From an uncultured Planctomycetia bacterium (lineage in GTDB: Bacteria; Omnitrophota; Gorgyraeia; 2-01-FULL-45-10): 53,652 nt of DNA. The stretch lies in contig CAYVCD010000002.1 in assembly GCA_964450115.1 (NCBI GenBank), forward strand, positions 1 to 53,652. Direction: 5' to 3'. A program made the position numbers and the translations under genes. The notes beneath the pieces were generated by a model. The model did not search any database. It was not told the origin of the DNA and was given only the letters and a program-made list of their open reading frames with translations. Below, in pieces: positions 51,567 through 53,652 of the stretch (its first letter is position 1; every line of letters begins with the position of its first letter).

Positions 51567-52115
51567 GCGCGCCTCGTGAAGTTTTGTGTATGTGGGGCCT
51601 TTTGGAGAGAGCTTGCTTTCGAATAGAACGACAGAAACGACGGAATGGGATTTAGTGATCGGCAACTGACAGTTGCCGATCTTTTCTTTTAGGACTTCTT
51701 TATTCTTCGGTGAGCGGACTCTGCCTATGGTTAAGTGTGGCGCGAATGGCCGAGGCTCCTTCTGAAATCCGATCTTCAATAGCTCTTCAACAATATTTTC
51801 CGCAAATGCTTTAGATTCAGCTGTACCCTTATCCAGTCCGACCCAGATCACTCTGGGATAATTGATATTAGGGAAGGCCCCGATATCTTTTATAGAGATC
51901 TCAAATGGTTTGGTCGAGCCGGATATTGCATCTAGTATTGATCTTATTTTGGCGCATTTTTCTTCAGTTATATCGCCCAGGAACTTCAATGTAAGATGGA
52001 TATTGCCCGTCTCGATCCACTTAACATCGGCTTCGGAATATTTTAAATGAGATTGTATCTGGGAGAGAGAGTCATTGATCTCGGGGGAGAGCTCTATTGC
52101 TATGAATGCGCGCAT
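51558..52115 (-). CDS. thpR: RNA 2',3'-cyclic phosphodiesterase (2H family, LigT/ThpR)
   Basis: MRAFIAIEL start and two H-x-T-x motifs (HLTLKFLG, HLTIGRV). The 3' end overlaps the ORF3 3' end by 9 nt (convergent). Confidence 0.85.
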   Translation of the reverse strand: MRAFIAIELSPEINDSLSQIQSHLKYSEADVKWIETGNIHLTLKFLGDITEEKCAKIRSILDAISGSTKPFEISIKDIGAFPNINYPRVIWVGLDKGTAESKAFAENIVEELLKIGFQKEPRPFAPHLTIGRVRSPKNKEVLKEKIGNCQLPITKSHSVVSVVLFESKLSPKGPTYTKLHEARLS

Positions 52116-52585
52116 ATCAAATCCAGTGCCGCTTGCGATGCCTGTAATTTAATATCTTTACGGGAGCCTTTAAATTTAAATTTCTTCACTATTCTATTCT
52201 TATTTGTGACGAGCGCTATATAGACCAAGCCGACCGGTTTTGATCTAGTTCCGCCGGTGGGTCCGGCAATACCGGTTACGCCTATGCCGATATCAGTATT
52301 GGCCAGAAGCCGCACGCCTTTAGCCATTTCAAGCGCAACCTCTTTCGATACCGCGCCGTGTTTCTGCAGTGATCTGGGGGAGACTCCGAGGAGGCTCTCT
52401 TTGATCTCATTGGAATAGGCGACTACGCCCATTTTGAAATACTTAGAGCTACCACCGACATTGGTGATCCGGTTTGAGATAATCCCACCGGTACATGATT
52501 CGGCCACCGCCATCGTTATCTGCCTTTTTCTTAGCATTCTTCCAACCTCAGCCTCAATCTCCATAAGTCTCATTATATATTGCAT
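52100..52585 (-). CDS. pncC: CinA C-terminal-domain protein / nicotinamide-nucleotide amidohydrolase
   Basis: MAVAESCTGGIISNRITNVGGSSKYFKMGVVAYSNEIKESLLGV and GIGVTGIAGPTGG motifs. Start could be a downstream in-frame Met. Overlaps the thpR start by 16 nt. Confidence 0.8.
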   Translation of the reverse strand: MQYIMRLMEIEAEVGRMLRKRQITMAVAESCTGGIISNRITNVGGSSKYFKMGVVAYSNEIKESLLGVSPRSLQKHGAVSKEVALEMAKGVRLLANTDIGIGVTGIAGPTGGTRSKPVGLVYIALVTNKNRIVKKFKFKGSRKDIKLQASQAALDLICAHS

Positions 52586-52727
52586 TTACGCATTTCGCCA
52601 CAAATTATTTTAAAATAGTTTGCAACAATTTGACCGGTTTTTCCGTCTTATAGTATATGGGGTCGAAAAGTCATTGGGAATTCTTGAGATGCCAATTTGG
52701 CGCCTCAAGTGGGGGGAGAGATGGAAA

Positions 52728-52750
52728 GGATGTCACAAATTGTGACATCC
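52728..52750. promoter_or_regulatory. perfect 23-bp palindrome (operator-like) 25 nt upstream of the ORF6N gene start
   Basis: GGATGTCACAA-A-TTGTGACATCC. Core GTCACA-AAT-TGTGAC recurs at 52967-52993. No flanking U-tract, so it is not terminator-like. Confidence 0.55.
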
Positions 52751-52774
52751 TTATAAAAAAACTAGGAGGGGAGC

Positions 52775-53284
52775 ATGGATAAATTAGTGCCAACAGAGAA
52801 GATCGAGAACAAAATTTTTCAAATTAGAGGGAAAAATATAATGTTGGATATGGATCTGGCCAGACTTTATCAAGTACCGACTAAGGTGCTCAACCAAGCG
52901 GTAAAAAGGAATGCGAAGCGTTTTCCGAGCGACTTTATGTTTAAATTGACAGAAACGGAAACGAAAGAGGTGGTCACAGATTGTGACCACCTCGGCTCTC
53001 TAAAATTCTCACCTTATTTTCCATATGCTTTTACCGAACAGGGCGTAGCTATGTTATCAAGCGTACTAAACAGCGAACGTGCCGTATTAGTGAATGTTCA
53101 GATTATGCGCGCATTTGTAAGCATTAGAAGACTGGCTACAACATATAGTGGGTTAAAACGTAAAATCGATGAAATGGAGGATAAGTATGATGCGCAATTT
53201 GGAGTAGTTTTTGAGGCTATTAAAAAGCTTTTAGAGCCCCCTCCAGAACCGCCGAAGCGCAGGATAGGGTTCCATCATGATTAA
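52775..53284 (+). CDS. ORF6N-domain (KilA-N-related) DNA-binding protein
   Basis: IENKIFQIRGKNIMLDMDLARLYQVPTKVLNQAVKRNAKRFPSDFMFKLT matches the ORF6N family pattern. AGGAGG Shine-Dalgarno upstream of ATG 52775. Confidence 0.8.
   Translation: MDKLVPTEKIENKIFQIRGKNIMLDMDLARLYQVPTKVLNQAVKRNAKRFPSDFMFKLTETETKEVVTDCDHLGSLKFSPYFPYAFTEQGVAMLSSVLNSERAVLVNVQIMRAFVSIRRLATTYSGLKRKIDEMEDKYDAQFGVVFEAIKKLLEPPPEPPKRRIGFHHD
52967..52993. promoter_or_regulatory. perfect 27-bp palindrome inside the ORF6N CDS sharing the upstream operator core
   Basis: GAGGTGGTCACA-GAT-TGTGACCACCTC. Core GTCACA-GAT-TGTGAC differs by 1 nt from the core at 52728-52750. Confidence 0.5.
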
Positions 53285-53296
53285 GCCGAAAATCGC

Positions 53297-53326
53297 TTTA
53301 CAGGAAGGAGGATACGCATGTATAAT
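53297..53326 (+). promoter_or_regulatory. candidate recA promoter
   Basis: TTTACA (53297-53302), 18-nt spacer, TATAAT (53321-53326) preceded by TG. Prediction only. Confidence 0.4.
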
Positions 53327-53395
53327 ATAGTGCTTCAAATAGCATAATTATAGTATATAGAGCTTTGTGAACAGTCTAAAATAAGGAGAGGCGAA

Positions 53396-53652
53396 ATGGC
53401 AAAGTTTAAGACAAAAGATAAGGAAGAGGTAAGAGTAGAGATAAGGGAACGCAAAGATATTACGCAGGAGCAGAAGACAAAGGCGCTCGATGCTGCTTTG
53501 GAGCATATAGAAAAGCAGTTCGGCAAGGGGGCCATAATGACACTGGGACAGGATTTCAAGGTGGACGTGCCTACCATACCGACAGGTTCGATCGCGATAG
53601 ATCTGGCTCTCGGGGTGGGTGGAGTGCCGCGCGGCAGGGTCATAGAGATATT
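53396..53652 (+). CDS. recA: recombinase RecA (5' partial, runs off the window)
   Basis: Translating from ATG 53396 (AAGGAGAG Shine-Dalgarno upstream) gives [11 protein letters not shown]...[59 protein letters not shown], the canonical RecA N-terminus. Absent from the ORF track because no stop falls in the window. Confidence 0.92.
   Translation, partial: MAKFKTKDKEEVRVEIRERKDITQEQKTKALDAALEHIEKQFGKGAIMTLGQDFKVDVPTIPTGSIAIDLALGVGGVPRGRVIEI

Noticed and set aside
52630-52656. TTGACC ... TATAGT/TAGTAT as a promoter for the ORF6N gene.
   Set aside because: The spacer is 13-15 nt, too short for a confident sigma-70 promoter call.
52586-53395. ORF6N gene as a marker of a prophage or mobile island.
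   Set aside because: There is no integrase, transposase, tRNA target or flanking direct repeats in the window. It is flanked by pncC and recA, so only the gene and its palindromes are reported.
53285-53395. SOS (LexA) box upstream of recA.
   Set aside because: I looked for CTGT-N8-ACAG and GAAC-N4-GTTC type palindromes. Only a partial GTGAACAG is present, with no matching half-site.

Overview
Bacterial chromosomal window. A housekeeping backbone (truB-ribF, rpsO-pnp-dut-uppP-ftsK-rodZ-like-rimO-pgsA-pgpA on the plus strand; thpR and cinA/pncC on the minus strand; an ORF6N gene and the 5' end of recA) is interrupted by three giant plus-strand ORFs. These are ORF1 1779..10475 (2,898 aa), ORF2 19991..26335 (2,114 aa from the ATG) and ORF3 26328..51566 (8,412 aa), together 40,281 nt, about 75% of the window. 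The giant ORFs are the unusual content. All three start with a related signal-peptide-like N-terminus. ORF2 and ORF3 are stop/start overlapped. ORF1 and ORF2 are each preceded by a promoter-leader-intrinsic-terminator arrangement. ORF1 carries a class I fructose-bisphosphate aldolase fused to a phosphofructokinase-like domain, with modules separated by a recurring Pro/Ala linker that is conserved at nucleotide level. ORF3 is a single frame concatenating domains that normally exist as separate cytoplasmic proteins: three sigma-70-family modules, at least ten HTH units in two tandem arrays, two LOG-like domains, three HAD phosphatases, a PLP fold-II enzyme, a GT9 glycosyltransferase, an APH-like kinase, a nucleotidyltransferase and a SAM methyltransferase. 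Its blocks are punctuated by two families of near-identical in-frame junction repeats. No NRPS/PKS or adhesin-type repeat signatures, rRNA/tRNA genes, CRISPR arrays, transposases or integrases were seen. Giant genes have been reported from uncultivated lineages such as Omnitrophota, but I cannot verify taxonomy from here. All domain calls are by-eye motif recognition. Domain boundaries are approximate (about +/-50 nt) and need HMM or structure confirmation.
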